Part shown: positions 27,211 to 36,696 of the stretch, piece by piece
Numbering within the stretch: the stretch's first letter is position 1
How the letters are laid out: each line of letters opens with the position of its first letter
The notes under the pieces: model-generated
What the model saw: the letters and a program-made list of their open reading frames with translations, nothing else
The model's database searches: none
Told to the model about the DNA's origin: nothing
Made by a program: the position numbers and the translations under genes
Assembly: GCA_022823185.1 (NCBI GenBank)
Contig: JAJDXQ010000006.1
Location: forward strand, 70,738-134,737
Length of the DNA stretch: 64,000 bases
Reading direction: 5' to 3'
Source of the DNA: Caldilineaceae bacterium
GTDB taxonomy: Bacteria > Chloroflexota > Anaerolineae > Caldilineales > Caldilineaceae

Positions 27211-27250
27211 AAAAACGAGGGGAGAGTAGACGTCTGTCACTCTCCCCTCG
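27211..27250 (-). terminator. Rho-independent terminator (for the DUF2071-DedA operon; may also act bidirectionally for the LRR gene)
   Basis: Perfect 12-bp stem CGAGGGGAGAGT (27216-27227) / ACTCTCCCCTCG (27239-27250) with an 11-nt loop. On the minus strand it is followed by TTTTT (27211-27215). Lies between convergent stops 27203 and 27315. Confidence 0.65.
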
Positions 27251-27314
27251 CTTCCCTCACCACAATTTAGGAGTTGTCAACCCTCGTTCAGTTCGCGTCC
27301 TGCTCCCGCTTTCC

Positions 27315-28151
27315 CTACCAACCGCGGTAATATACGTCTCTGTATCCCCTCCGACCGGAAACCCTCGCCACAGCCATCTCCTGCCGCAATGGCGAAACAA
27401 CCTGACTCAAGCTGACGGCCGCGATACTTCCGTAACTGCGCAGAATCGGCGCAACCTCCGTCTGATAGGCAATATAGGCGTCGGGCCAGGACACTGGAAG
27501 TCTCCACCCAACGCCCTGCCGGCTTCGAACGGGTCTTCCCCCTTCTCGTCCCGTCTTCATGCGGCGTGCCGCAATCAGCATCAGAACGGCCAGCGCCGCT
27601 CCGCCTGCCAGCGGCAGGTAGTGCAGACCCAACTCCACCCGGCGTACCACCTCCGTCGTCTGGTAGCCAACGACTGCCAGCGCCGGTACCCACAGCAGCT
27701 CACCCAGCAGAACGATCGAAAACCAGCGCCGGAAAGGCACGCGCGTCATTCCCGCCGCAACCAGCGCCGGAATTACAAGCACCGAGAACGCCTTGGCAAA
27801 GAACAGCAGTCTGGGCCCGTGCTCCTGCATCTCCCCCTGCAGCCGCTCCAGATGATGACGCCGCAGACCCAGCCATCTGCCATAGCGCAGCACAGGCTCC
27901 TTTCCGTACTTGTAGCCGAGCAAGTACCAGAGGCCGTCAGCAACGATGCCGCCAATGATGGCGCTGAACATAACCAGCGGCAGTTGCATATACCCCAAAG
28001 AGGCCGCCACCGCAGCCAGCAGCGTCACCATCCGCCCCTCCAGGATCACCAGACAGATCAGCAAGGGATAGCTCCAGAAGCCCCATTCCTGAAGGGCCTC
28101 ACTGCGTAACAGATTCAAAACCGCGTCGAATATCTCGGAAACTGCGTTCAT
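27315..28151 (-). CDS. DedA/VTT-domain family membrane protein
   Basis: 278-aa ORF. GGIVADGLWYLLGYKYGKEPV...FFAKAFSVLVIP pattern and multiple TM spans. ATGA overlap with the upstream gene. Confidence 0.8.
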   Translation of the reverse strand: MNAVSEIFDAVLNLLRSEALQEWGFWSYPLLICLVILEGRMVTLLAAVAASLGYMQLPLVMFSAIIGGIVADGLWYLLGYKYGKEPVLRYGRWLGLRRHHLERLQGEMQEHGPRLLFFAKAFSVLVIPALVAAGMTRVPFRRWFSIVLLGELLWVPALAVVGYQTTEVVRRVELGLHYLPLAGGAALAVLMLIAARRMKTGREGGRPVRSRQGVGWRLPVSWPDAYIAYQTEVAPILRSYGSIAAVSLSQVVSPLRQEMAVARVSGRRGYRDVYYRGW

Positions 28152-28957
28152 TCAATGACTTCCTCTATCTGCCACGTCAGCACATCCAGCTTCCTGGCAA
28201 AATGCAGAAGCGGCTCTGTATCCGGAAGAAAGATCCCGTGCCCCTGCGCCACCCAGTTGCGCTCGAACTCCGCCTCTGCCGGCTGCAGCGGCCAGGGAGC
28301 ATGGTGAATCTCCCCGCGATACACGCGCCCGTTTCTGTCAACACTGTACAGGCAGTATCTCTCCATCAGCCACCGCTCCAATGAATCGGGAGCCGCCTGA
28401 TAGACAGGTCCTTTCGGTCGGTAGAAAGCCCGGAACTCTGCCTCCGGCGCGCCCCTGTGCGTGCGGCGGCTGCTGTAGCGAATGCCGTCATCATCCTTTC
28501 TGCAACGCATCTTCGCCCGGAAATAAGGCAAATGATAGGTCCTCCGCGCCATCGTGACCGCCAGTGGGTTGCCCGCGTCCAGGCTGAAAAAGAACACGCC
28601 CGGCCTTGGCTCCCTCGCACTGCTACTCTTTACGTAGGTGCGTACATTTAGTTCCGGAAATGCCGAAATCCACGGCGCCGCCGGCATAAAACGCTGCCGT
28701 ATACCCGACATACGAAAAGGGACCACCGTCACCCACGCCTCTCCCCCGTATGTGTCCAGCATCAGGCCCGGCGGCGTCAAATTTTCCATGCGGGAGGCGG
28801 GCACGGGCCAGTGGGCAAACAGCAGGTCCTGCCACGACTGAACCATGTGCCACGGGCGATCAGGCAGGGGCCAGGGGCGGTGCGCCTGCTGGGCCAGAAT
28901 CTCAGCGGCAATCTCCTGTCCGCTCCGCCCCAGCCAGGCAAGGGGAGTTTTTCTCAT
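28148..28957 (-). CDS. DUF2071 (YqjF-like) family protein
   Basis: 269-aa ORF. WQDLLFAHWPV...FPELNVRTYV...GVFFFSLDA...LPYFRAKM and HAPWPL match DUF2071 signatures as remembered. Confidence 0.75.
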   Translation of the reverse strand: MRKTPLAWLGRSGQEIAAEILAQQAHRPWPLPDRPWHMVQSWQDLLFAHWPVPASRMENLTPPGLMLDTYGGEAWVTVVPFRMSGIRQRFMPAAPWISAFPELNVRTYVKSSSAREPRPGVFFFSLDAGNPLAVTMARRTYHLPYFRAKMRCRKDDDGIRYSSRRTHRGAPEAEFRAFYRPKGPVYQAAPDSLERWLMERYCLYSVDRNGRVYRGEIHHAPWPLQPAEAEFERNWVAQGHGIFLPDTEPLLHFARKLDVLTWQIEEVIE

Positions 28958-28968
28958 CTACTGTTTCT

Positions 28969-30783
28969 TCACTCTCCGTAAATCCAGAGAGCGATCAGAT
29001 CATCAATCGGTGTACTGCTGTGCAGCCGCAAAGCGTCCAGAAGATCATCCGCATAGGCGATGCCGTAACGATTCCGCTGCGCATAGTCCAAAAGGGCCGC
29101 GAAAAATGCTGTGTCGCCCATGCGCTCCCGCACAGCGTGCAGGAAGAGAGGGCCTTTGCTATATACAATGTTGATATAATTACTCTGATCAAACCCCATA
29201 ACCGGGCCGCTGACCGGCCTGTCTATACCCAGATTCCGCGCCGCATTGTAGCGATAGCGAAATACATTCTCCATCATGGCCGCCTGCATCTCCGGCCAGT
29301 CCACCGCCTCATAGTAAAGATAGACCGCATAGTTGGCCAGAGACTCGTCCAGCCACGGCTCTTCCGGCTGGTCGTTGCCGATCAGATTGAAGAACCACTG
29401 GTGCGCAACTTCGTGCGGCATCGCAATGCCAAAGCCTCCCCCGGCCTCCCCATAAAAGTTGGCCGCCAGTCCAAGGATCCCCGCATACTCCATCCCAAAG
29501 CCCGTCGTCGGCAACGGTACGACATCCAGCTCGCGATACGGATAGGGCCCAAACAAACGGTTGAAGACCCGCAAGCTCGCCGTTGTCAGGTTCATTGCCG
29601 TCTGCGCCGATGCCAGACCACCCACCGGATAATACGAGTTGACCTGAACCCCATCAACCTCGCCGCTGATCGCCTCCCACCGGTCGGTCAGCGTTGCATA
29701 GAATGAGCGTACCGGCCCCGCCGCCATCCGCCATGTCGTCGTGCCGTCATCGTTCGTCTCCCGCGCCAGGGTCGAGCCGCTCGCCGCCACCGATAACCCT
29801 TGGGGCGCCGTCAGCTCCACCTGGTAGAAACCAGTATCCGCAAAGAAGGAATCACCGAAACTGGCGCCGCCATCCAGATCCCAACCCCTATGGTCAAAAA
29901 CCGCCAGTGTCGGGTAAAAGCCCGCCAGATCATAGACGCCTTCCACAAACCCGAAAAGGCCCGCTCCCGCCGTGCCGGCTGCCACCTGCGTCGGCAGCGT
30001 CGCGCTGAACCAGAGCGTCACGTCCGCTGTTTCCCCGGCGGCCAGCCCTCCGGCAAGCGGTATGCGCGCCGCCGATCCATCGGGAATATGCCCGACGCGC
30101 GCCAGCTGGCCGTCTACCAGCGCCTGGCTGACCTCCGCTGCGCCCCCGTAGGCAGGCAAATTGGGATACAGCCTGAAATAAAGTTCATTCAGGCTGGTCT
30201 GTTCCTGATTGGTGATCCGCACCCGCTGCACGCCCTCCAGCCTCGGGATTTCACCCGGCAAAAGGCGGACTTGGATGAAATAATGGGGCGCGCCCGGCAG
30301 CCGGTCCGCATCCTCCGCAAATGCTTCCAGCAACGTCTCGCGATAGACTGTGTAGTCGGTCAGGTCGATCTCCGGCGTCGGAAAGAGGGGCGGTTCCTGT
30401 ACCGGCTGTGGAGTTAGGGTTGGAGTCGGCGGCGGGGCTGTGGGGGGGCGTGTACGGGTCGGGAGTTCGGCCGCCGGCGAAGGCGAGGGCGCAACGATGA
30501 CGTCGTCCTGTTCTTCGGCCGTCGCTGCCGCCCCTCTTCCACAAGCGGTCAGAACAGCCGCTATCGCCAGGCCAACCACACACGATATGGCGAATCCGCG
30601 TTTCCGTCGCCCTTCGCGCTGCTGCTTTGCCGCAACGCCCGCGAAACGCCTGTCAAAGGCCGACCGCTGCCTTGCATGGGTTGCCTTTCCCATCAATCTC
30701 GTCCCCATTTGCCCGCCGCTGGCGCAAGAGACCGGCGCGCAACTGCCGTTCACTCCAGCACGGCGCCTGCGCGGCTGCCCCAT
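28969..30783 (-). CDS. M1-family zinc metallopeptidase (aminopeptidase N-like), probable lipoprotein
   Basis: 604-aa ORF. HEVAHQWF (HExxH) plus WLDESLANY (E-18 downstream). Lipobox-like AIAAVLTAC. The true start is probably an internal Met (e.g. MGKATH...), so the N-terminus is uncertain. Confidence 0.8.
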   Translation of the reverse strand: MGQPRRRRAGVNGSCAPVSCASGGQMGTRLMGKATHARQRSAFDRRFAGVAAKQQREGRRKRGFAISCVVGLAIAAVLTACGRGAAATAEEQDDVIVAPSPSPAAELPTRTRPPTAPPPTPTLTPQPVQEPPLFPTPEIDLTDYTVYRETLLEAFAEDADRLPGAPHYFIQVRLLPGEIPRLEGVQRVRITNQEQTSLNELYFRLYPNLPAYGGAAEVSQALVDGQLARVGHIPDGSAARIPLAGGLAAGETADVTLWFSATLPTQVAAGTAGAGLFGFVEGVYDLAGFYPTLAVFDHRGWDLDGGASFGDSFFADTGFYQVELTAPQGLSVAASGSTLARETNDDGTTTWRMAAGPVRSFYATLTDRWEAISGEVDGVQVNSYYPVGGLASAQTAMNLTTASLRVFNRLFGPYPYRELDVVPLPTTGFGMEYAGILGLAANFYGEAGGGFGIAMPHEVAHQWFFNLIGNDQPEEPWLDESLANYAVYLYYEAVDWPEMQAAMMENVFRYRYNAARNLGIDRPVSGPVMGFDQSNYINIVYSKGPLFLHAVRERMGDTAFFAALLDYAQRNRYGIAYADDLLDALRLHSSTPIDDLIALWIYGE

Positions 30784-30959
30784 GTCTTGGCGACGAGAAA
30801 TTCCGCCTCGCGCAGAACCTCAATGCGCCTAACCTGACGCGCCATGCCTCCATGCCTGTCAGTGGAAACCTCTATTCTTCACCTCGACCACCCACTTTCA
30901 GGACCATGACGCCGCCGCGCAGCGAGTTCCGGGCACTGCGTCCTCTTCGAATACGGCCC

Positions 30960-31913
30960 CTACATCGGCGAACCGATATCCGGCGACTCCCTCTTCAAGT
31001 TCTCGACGAGCCGTTTCGCTTCCACACTGAGCGGCACAGGCAGCTCGACCACCACCTCGACCAGCAAGTCTCCTCGATTCTTGCTGTCTCTCACATCAGG
31101 CATGCCCTGGCCCTTGAGCCGGAAAACCTTCCCGTTCTGCGTGTCCGGCGGGATCGTCAACGCCACCGCGCCCTGCAATGTCGGCACGCGCGCCTCGCCC
31201 CCCAGGAGCGCCACAAAGAGGTCCACAGGTACCTTCGTGCGCAAATCCCGCCCCTCTACCCTGAAATCTTTGTGCGGCTGGACGGAAACCGTCATCATCA
31301 TGTCGCCGGCCCGAACCTTCGAGCCCGTTCTGACGCCCGGCGGTATCGTCACCTCGAATCGGGACTCCCCCTGCTGCACGGTCCGCTTTGTCCCGCAAAA
31401 TGCCTCTTCCAGCGCGATCTCCACCGGAACCGTCTGGTCGCTGTTGGGGCGTCCGAAACTCTGCTGAGGCCCTTGCCGAAATCCTCTGCGCGGCTGCGAC
31501 GCGCCCCCGCCAAAAAGCTGCTGAAAGAAATCAGAAAATGTGCCGCCCCCACCGGCCATCCCGCCGAACATCTGCTCAAACTCTTCAGGACTGACCGCCC
31601 GGCCCTGCTGCCGCTCCGCGCCGCCGGCATTGTACCACTGAGACCAGTCGAAACTCTGCCCGCTCTGTTCGTACTGCTTCCACTGGGCCCCAAACTTATC
31701 GTACGTCCGCCGCTTCGATTCGTCTGACAGAACCGCGTAAGCCTCATTGATCTCTTTGAACCGCTGCTCCGCGGCCGCATCGCCGTTATTGACATCAGGA
31801 TGGCACTCTCGGGCCAGCTTGCGGTATGCCTTCTTAATCTCAGAGGCGCTCGCCTTGCGGCGCACCCCCAGAACCGCGTAATAGTCCTTATAGTCCACTG
31901 ATTCGCTCTCCAC
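30960..31913 (-). CDS. dnaJ: J-domain co-chaperone (DnaJ class II / CbpA-like, no zinc-finger domain)
   Basis: 317-aa [37 protein letters not shown]-domain with HPD, a G/F-rich linker, and C-terminal substrate-binding domains. No CxxCxGxG repeats. Confidence 0.9.
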   Translation of the reverse strand: MESESVDYKDYYAVLGVRRKASASEIKKAYRKLARECHPDVNNGDAAAEQRFKEINEAYAVLSDESKRRTYDKFGAQWKQYEQSGQSFDWSQWYNAGGAERQQGRAVSPEEFEQMFGGMAGGGGTFSDFFQQLFGGGASQPRRGFRQGPQQSFGRPNSDQTVPVEIALEEAFCGTKRTVQQGESRFEVTIPPGVRTGSKVRAGDMMMTVSVQPHKDFRVEGRDLRTKVPVDLFVALLGGEARVPTLQGAVALTIPPDTQNGKVFRLKGQGMPDVRDSKNRGDLLVEVVVELPVPLSVEAKRLVENLKRESPDIGSPM

Positions 31914-31997
31914 TCACTTGGCCTTCGCCGCACGCCCCCTCCGCGCCGCGTGCGGCAAACGCTGTCACTTGGAAATCGAGACCAATACCAATGACGG

Positions 31998-32024
31998 GAA
32001 ACCGGGCACAGGGCGCCCGGTTTC
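31998..32024 (-). other. 10-bp perfect stem-loop in the dnaK-dnaJ spacer
   Basis: GAAACCGGGC (31998-32007) / 7-nt loop / GCCCGGTTTC (32015-32024). No clear U-tract on the minus strand, so it may be a processing/attenuation hairpin rather than a terminator. Confidence 0.35.
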
Positions 32025-32078
32025 TTACCATCTTATCGTTCCTGCTCCCAGGCTGGCAACCCTGGCGCCAACCGCAGC

Positions 32079-33989
32079 CTACACCTGACGGAACTCGCCT
32101 TCCACCACATCGTCCTCGTCAGCCGCGCCCGGGCCGTCTGACTCGCCCGCCGCGCCCGGCCCGGCTCCATTCTCTTCAGCCTGCTGCTGGTATACCTGCT
32201 GGGCCAGGGCAGAGCTCGCCTGCTGCAGCTGCTCGGTCAGGCTCGTGATTCGCTCATGGTCATCACCCTCCATCGCCGCCCGCAGGTCCACGATCGTCTG
32301 TTCAATCCGCTCCCGATCAGATAGCGGCACCTTGTCGCCCAACTCGCTCATCGACTTCTCAGTAGCGTAGATCAGGCTGTCCGCGGCGTTGCGACTCTCC
32401 ACCAACTGCCGCTGCTGCAGGTCTACAGTCTCATTCTCTTTGGCCTCCCGGACCAAACGATCCACCTCATCGTCGCTCAGATTGGTGGAGGCCGTAATCT
32501 GAATGCTCTGCTCCTTGCTCGTCGCCTTGTCCTTCGCAACCACATTCATAATGCCGTTGGCGTCGATATCAAAGGTCACTTCGACCTGCGGCACGCCCCG
32601 CATCGCCGGTGGAATCCCGTCCAGCCGGAAATTGCCGAGCGTCTTGTTGTCGCGCGCCATCGGGCGCTCGCCCTGCAAAATGTGAATATCCACCGCGGTC
32701 TGGTTGTCTTCCGCCGTGCTGTACGTCTCCGTCTTCTTCGTCGGAATCGTCGTATTGCGGGGGATCAATGTTGTCATGACACCGCCCAACGTCTCCAACC
32801 CAAGGCTCAGCGGCGTCACGTCCAGCAACAGCAGGTCCTTCACCTCGCCGCCGAGCACACCGGCCTGCAGCGCAGCGCCCACCGCAACCACCTCATCCGG
32901 GTTGACGCCCTTGTGCGGCTCTTTGCCCGTCAGCGTGCTGACCAGCTCCTGGATCATCGGCATCCGCGTCGACCCACCAACCAGTACAACCTCATTCAGT
33001 TCGCCGGGGGTCAGACTCGCGTCCTTCAGCGCCGCATGGAACGGTTTCTTCAACCGTTCAACCAGAACCGACGTCAACTGCTCGAACTGGCTGCGCGTCA
33101 GCGTAAGTTGCAGATGCTTTGGCCCCGTGCTGTCCGCCGTGATAAAGGGCAGATTGATCTCCGTCTGCGGTGTGCTCGAAAGCTCAATCTTCGCCTTCTC
33201 CGCCGCTTCCCGCAGTCTCTGAAGCGCCTGACGGTCCTGGCCAAGATCGATCATCTGCTCTCGCTTGAACTCGTCAATCAGCCACCGCACGATCGCCTCG
33301 TCCCAGTCGTCGCCGCCCAGGTGCGTGTCGCCGTTCGTCGCCTTTACCTCGATGACACCGTCGCCAACCTCCAGCACCGAAACGTCAAACGTGCCGCCGC
33401 CCAGGTCAAAAACCAGAATCGTCTCGTCCTCATTCTTGTCCAGACCGTAAGCCAGCGCCGCAGCCGTCGGCTCGTTGATGATGCGCAGCACCTCCAACCC
33501 GGCTATCTGTCCGGCGTCCTTGGTCGCCTGCCGCTGACTGTCGTTGAAATAGGCCGGCACCGTGATCACCGCCTGCTTCACATCCTCGCCCAAATAGGAC
33601 TCCGCATCCCGCTTGAGCTTGCTCAGAATCATCGCGCTGATTTCCTGCGGCGTATACACCTTGTCCTTGATCGGAACCCGCACCCGCGCGTCGTGATTCG
33701 GCCCCTCGACACTGGCGTAGGATACCATCGCCTGCGTCCGCTTCGTTTCCGGATCGTCAATATGACGACCCATCAATCGCTTGACCGAGTAAATCGTGTT
33801 CTCCGGGTTGACAACCGCCTGCCGCTTCGCGGTCACGCCCACCAGCCGCTCGCCGCTCTTCGAAAAAGCAACCACCGACGGCGTCGTCCGGTTCCCCTCC
33901 GCATTCGCGATCACGGCGGGGTTGCCCGCCTCCATCACAGCAATTACACTGTTGGTTGTGCCCAGATCAATACCGATGATTTTTGCCAT
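32079..33989 (-). CDS. dnaK: Molecular chaperone DnaK (Hsp70)
   Basis: 636-aa [31 protein letters not shown] and [10 protein letters not shown] signatures. AGGAGG (34001-34006 on plus as CCTCCT) lies 11 nt upstream of the ATG. Confidence 0.97.
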   Translation of the reverse strand: MAKIIGIDLGTTNSVIAVMEAGNPAVIANAEGNRTTPSVVAFSKSGERLVGVTAKRQAVVNPENTIYSVKRLMGRHIDDPETKRTQAMVSYASVEGPNHDARVRVPIKDKVYTPQEISAMILSKLKRDAESYLGEDVKQAVITVPAYFNDSQRQATKDAGQIAGLEVLRIINEPTAAALAYGLDKNEDETILVFDLGGGTFDVSVLEVGDGVIEVKATNGDTHLGGDDWDEAIVRWLIDEFKREQMIDLGQDRQALQRLREAAEKAKIELSSTPQTEINLPFITADSTGPKHLQLTLTRSQFEQLTSVLVERLKKPFHAALKDASLTPGELNEVVLVGGSTRMPMIQELVSTLTGKEPHKGVNPDEVVAVGAALQAGVLGGEVKDLLLLDVTPLSLGLETLGGVMTTLIPRNTTIPTKKTETYSTAEDNQTAVDIHILQGERPMARDNKTLGNFRLDGIPPAMRGVPQVEVTFDIDANGIMNVVAKDKATSKEQSIQITASTNLSDDEVDRLVREAKENETVDLQQRQLVESRNAADSLIYATEKSMSELGDKVPLSDRERIEQTIVDLRAAMEGDDHERITSLTEQLQQASSALAQQVYQQQAEENGAGPGAAGESDGPGAADEDDVVEGEFRQV

Positions 33990-34110
33990 CTGTAGTTGGC
34001 CTCCTGTACGAAATGACGCCGGGCGCCCCGTCCGCTCCGCGCTTCAGCCGCCCAGCCCATGACTCCTGTATGAACTGTTTTTCACCCTCCAGCTTTAATT
34101 CTCACCTATC

Positions 34111-34116
34111 ATTATA
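34111..34116 (-). promoter_or_regulatory. Candidate -10 box (TATAAT) in an AT-rich patch upstream of dnaK
   Basis: The minus strand reads TTTTTTATAATG inside the only AT-rich stretch (about 34090-34180) upstream of dnaK. The -35 is weak (ATACCA). No CIRCE or HAIR element seen. Confidence 0.3.
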
Positions 34117-34527
34117 AAAAACTTGTGTATGTATGGTATTGGGCGAGTATTAGCAATTCGTTTGAATTTGCCCACGATGATCCTACGCATCCCGTCCAAT
34201 ACGAAACCCACCACGCCCGCGCCCCCCTCCACCCACAGACCACCGCAGTTCCGACCTGCTACGGAATGTCCGAAGGATGAAGTGGCAACCGGTATAGATT
34301 GGGATACTGAGAATGGGTGGTGACGATGTTGACGGCCCGGACGGGATGAAGGAGGATAGTCTGGCCTGCAAGGCAGCGGTCCCTTTTGCGCACGCCAGAA
34401 CTGCACCGATCGACGCACGCAACGGCTTCCACTGTGAACGGGCGCAGGTTGTGTAACCGTAGCGATTTCTGCGGCTATGGGAACGGATCAGCCGCGACGA
34501 GACCGTCGAATATCCCCATAGCGGCTG

Positions 34528-35757
34528 TCAGAGCGACTTCCACAGCCGCACCATGAAGCGATCATCTCCCTCAACCAGGTCCGGCTCCGTGCCATTGTGG
34601 TCCCGCATTGAGTTGATGATCCGGTTGCGGACGCCCATTCCGTAGTGTTCGATGTAGCGGTAGTCGCGGAGGATCTCCTTGACCAACTCATTACGGGCCA
34701 CACGGACCACGCCTTCTTTCATCTTCTCCACCGTGACTCCGTTTGGAAGACGACCCGGCGAAATCACTTCGAAACGATCCCGGTATAGCGATACCTCGAT
34801 GTCGGTCCCTTCGCGTGCGTAGTCGCGATGCGCCACCGCGTTCACGACCGCCTCCCGTACCGCATCTAACGGGAAGGACTTCCTGTGGATTCGACGTCCT
34901 CCTTCGAGGTACGCGACGCTTCCCATGTTACGCACGATGAAGTCCACCGTGCGGTCTATCACGCCATTTTCCACCAACGCGCCGCGGCTCGAAACTCGCG
35001 GTGTCAGTGGTCCTCGTATCCGCTCCTCATCAACCGTGTTGTATTCCTTTTCGAAGCCAGGAAACGCAACTGCAGTCACGCCGGCTTGGGGAAGACGGCG
35101 GTTCGGGTTCTTGCCATACAGCAGGAGCCCTGCGACTGTGGCGCAAACTTCATTTCCCGCCTCAGTCAGAAGATCCGAGTTGAGAAGGAGTTGCCTCCTG
35201 TTCTCGACGTCCGTCCGATCTGGTAGTGAGCGCTTCAGGACCTCCTGGTAGTAGTTCTCGATCCGGTCCATGTCGAGAGATTCCAGCCCAGTGTCCAGCA
35301 CCGGCTTAATCTCATATCGGACCAACCGGGCTGCCTGGTAGAGCCGTCCTTCCTCCTCGCGCGTCGCCTCCCGGGACGTGCTGCCAGCCCGGACAAACGT
35401 CACCCAGGCTCTGCCTCGTCTTGCCTTGTACGGCTTTCCCGGGCTGTCCGCGGCAAGCTCGATGATCCCTACTTCTCTGCCATCCGCAATTTCTATACGA
35501 GTCCAGACGGGGATGATGACAGGTTGGAGATTCTGGCGAGCGATGTTCATCACCCACTTCTTTGCATCCCGACGGCTTCTGGTCAGCCCGGAGATGGCGC
35601 CGTCGTCTTCCACACCGAGAAGAATGGCGCCGCCCTCGAGATTCAGCAGCGCGGACATCTCCTTGGCTACTTCATCCGGGCGGCAGTCGTCGCGCTTGAG
35701 TTCGACGCGTGAGTTCTCCCGATTGGCAATGAGCTGGAGCAGTTCCGTTCTGTTCAT
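34528..35757 (-). CDS. AlbA_2 (Schlafen-like DNA-binding) + HATPase_c_4 domain protein ('RecG-like transcriptional regulator' class)
   Basis: ORF 34528..35838 (GTG start). ATG 35757 gives MNRTELLQLIANRENSRVELKRDD..., the canonical AlbA_2 start. C-terminal AVREAVVNAVAHRDY...IEVSLYRDRFEVISPG...RNELVKEILRDYRYIEHYGMG is a HATPase_c_4 pattern. GC is lower than the core (about 55% in a sampled line). Confidence 0.75.
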   Translation of the reverse strand: MNRTELLQLIANRENSRVELKRDDCRPDEVAKEMSALLNLEGGAILLGVEDDGAISGLTRSRRDAKKWVMNIARQNLQPVIIPVWTRIEIADGREVGIIELAADSPGKPYKARRGRAWVTFVRAGSTSREATREEEGRLYQAARLVRYEIKPVLDTGLESLDMDRIENYYQEVLKRSLPDRTDVENRRQLLLNSDLLTEAGNEVCATVAGLLLYGKNPNRRLPQAGVTAVAFPGFEKEYNTVDEERIRGPLTPRVSSRGALVENGVIDRTVDFIVRNMGSVAYLEGGRRIHRKSFPLDAVREAVVNAVAHRDYAREGTDIEVSLYRDRFEVISPGRLPNGVTVEKMKEGVVRVARNELVKEILRDYRYIEHYGMGVRNRIINSMRDHNGTEPDLVEGDDRFMVRLWKSL

Positions 35758-36028
35758 CTGTCTGAAACCGTACTTCCGCCGTCGTGTTTCGAACGCCCCG
35801 CGGCCGCCCTCGATAAACTCTTCCACCAGTCCGCGCACAGATCGGGTTTCGATAAAGCCCGTGTGCCCGGGCGCGACGCGCGCCCTGCTCTACAAGTTAT
35901 GTCCTTTCCTCCATGGCTCCCTGCTATATCAAATCTCTTTGCTTGCAATTCGCGCCCGACTCTTCATTTTGCCGCAACGACCCCACCAGAATGACCCACC
36001 CGGAACCATGCCAGAGTCCTCTCTGAAT

Positions 36029-36055
36029 AAAAAAACACCCGCATACCCGCGGGTG
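36029..36055 (-). terminator. Canonical rho-independent terminator of the small membrane-protein gene
   Basis: The minus strand reads CACCCGC-GGGTAT-GCGGGTG followed by TTTTTTT (plus-strand A7 at 36029-35). It lies 41 nt after the stop at 36096. Confidence 0.7.
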
Positions 36056-36095
36056 CGACAACACGGCCTGAGCTCGAAGCGTTGACAGTTCGTTG

Positions 36096-36419
36096 TCAGC
36101 CGTCCGGGACGCTGCGCTTCGTTTCCCTAAGCATAAACCCAATCCAAACCTGCGCGCCGCCTAGCACGAGAGTCAAAAAACCGGCGATCACCGCAAAGAT
36201 AACCTGAGTCGTCTTTGCCGCCGCATGAACTTCCGATCGTAAGGCGACCAGCTCGGTTCGCACGCCCTCCACATCGGCCTTGGTAGCCAAATGCTCGTAT
36301 GCGCCCTCTCGTCGCACAGTGCGTTCCCCGTCTTTTAACCCCTCCTGCGCGAAGACAGGTGGACAGACCACGGCAACCAGCAGGATCCCCTTCATGACAT
36401 GATACAACTTCATCTGCAT
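36096..36419 (-). CDS. Hypothetical small protein with signal peptide, coiled segment and C-terminal TM
   Basis: 107-aa ORF. MKGILLVAVVCPPVFAQ signal (likely start ATG 36395), LATKADVEGVRTELVALRSEV, and TM VIFAVIAGFLTLVLGGAQVWIGF. Followed by a strong terminator. Confidence 0.5.
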   Translation of the reverse strand: MQMKLYHVMKGILLVAVVCPPVFAQEGLKDGERTVRREGAYEHLATKADVEGVRTELVALRSEVHAAAKTTQVIFAVIAGFLTLVLGGAQVWIGFMLRETKRSVPDG

Positions 36420-36483
36420 TCTCGATCCCGTGTTCCTGTTCCGCTTCTCTGCGCGTTCCTCATCTCAACTCGTTGTAGCGCCG

Positions 36484-36513
36484 CAAATGCATCACAAATG
36501 CAGTACAAATGTA
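36484..36513. promoter_or_regulatory. Three direct repeats CAAATG(C/T)A phased at 11 bp
   Basis: CAAATGCA 36484-91, CAAATGCA 36495-502, CAAATGTA 36506-13, flanked by GCCGC...GCGGC. Lies 65-95 bp upstream of the start of the minus-strand gene 36096..36419. Confidence 0.35.
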
Positions 36514-36665
36514 TCTCGCGGCGCCGACTCTGTCAATGGCTCTTTCAGGACAAAAGTGACCGAAATCGGGCTTAATCAGAACAATGGACTGCGCCATCTG
36601 GTTCTCACCTCTCATGACTGCCGGCAGGGACACCCCCTGCCCTCCCTAACCACAAACCTCTGCAG

Positions 36666-36694
36666 TCACTGACCACTGACCTCTGACCACTGCC
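36666..36694 (+). repeat. Heptamer tandem-repeat element, copy a
   Basis: TCACTGA CCACTGA CCTCTGA CCACTGC C. Abuts the stop codon (36697-99) of the minus-strand aminotransferase gene. Confidence 0.85.
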
Positions 36695-36696
36695 GT

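Noticed and set aside
32682-33995. 437-aa plus-strand ORF antisense to dnaK (and 32704..33222)
   Set aside because: dnaK identity on the minus strand is certain. The antisense frame is Arg/Leu/His-rich with no motifs.
34000-34200. CIRCE or HAIR heat-shock operator upstream of dnaK (GAGTATTAGCAA caught my eye)
   Set aside because: There is no inverted partner and the match to TTAGCACTC-N9-GAGTGCTAA is poor. No CTTGAGT-N7-ACTCAAG either.
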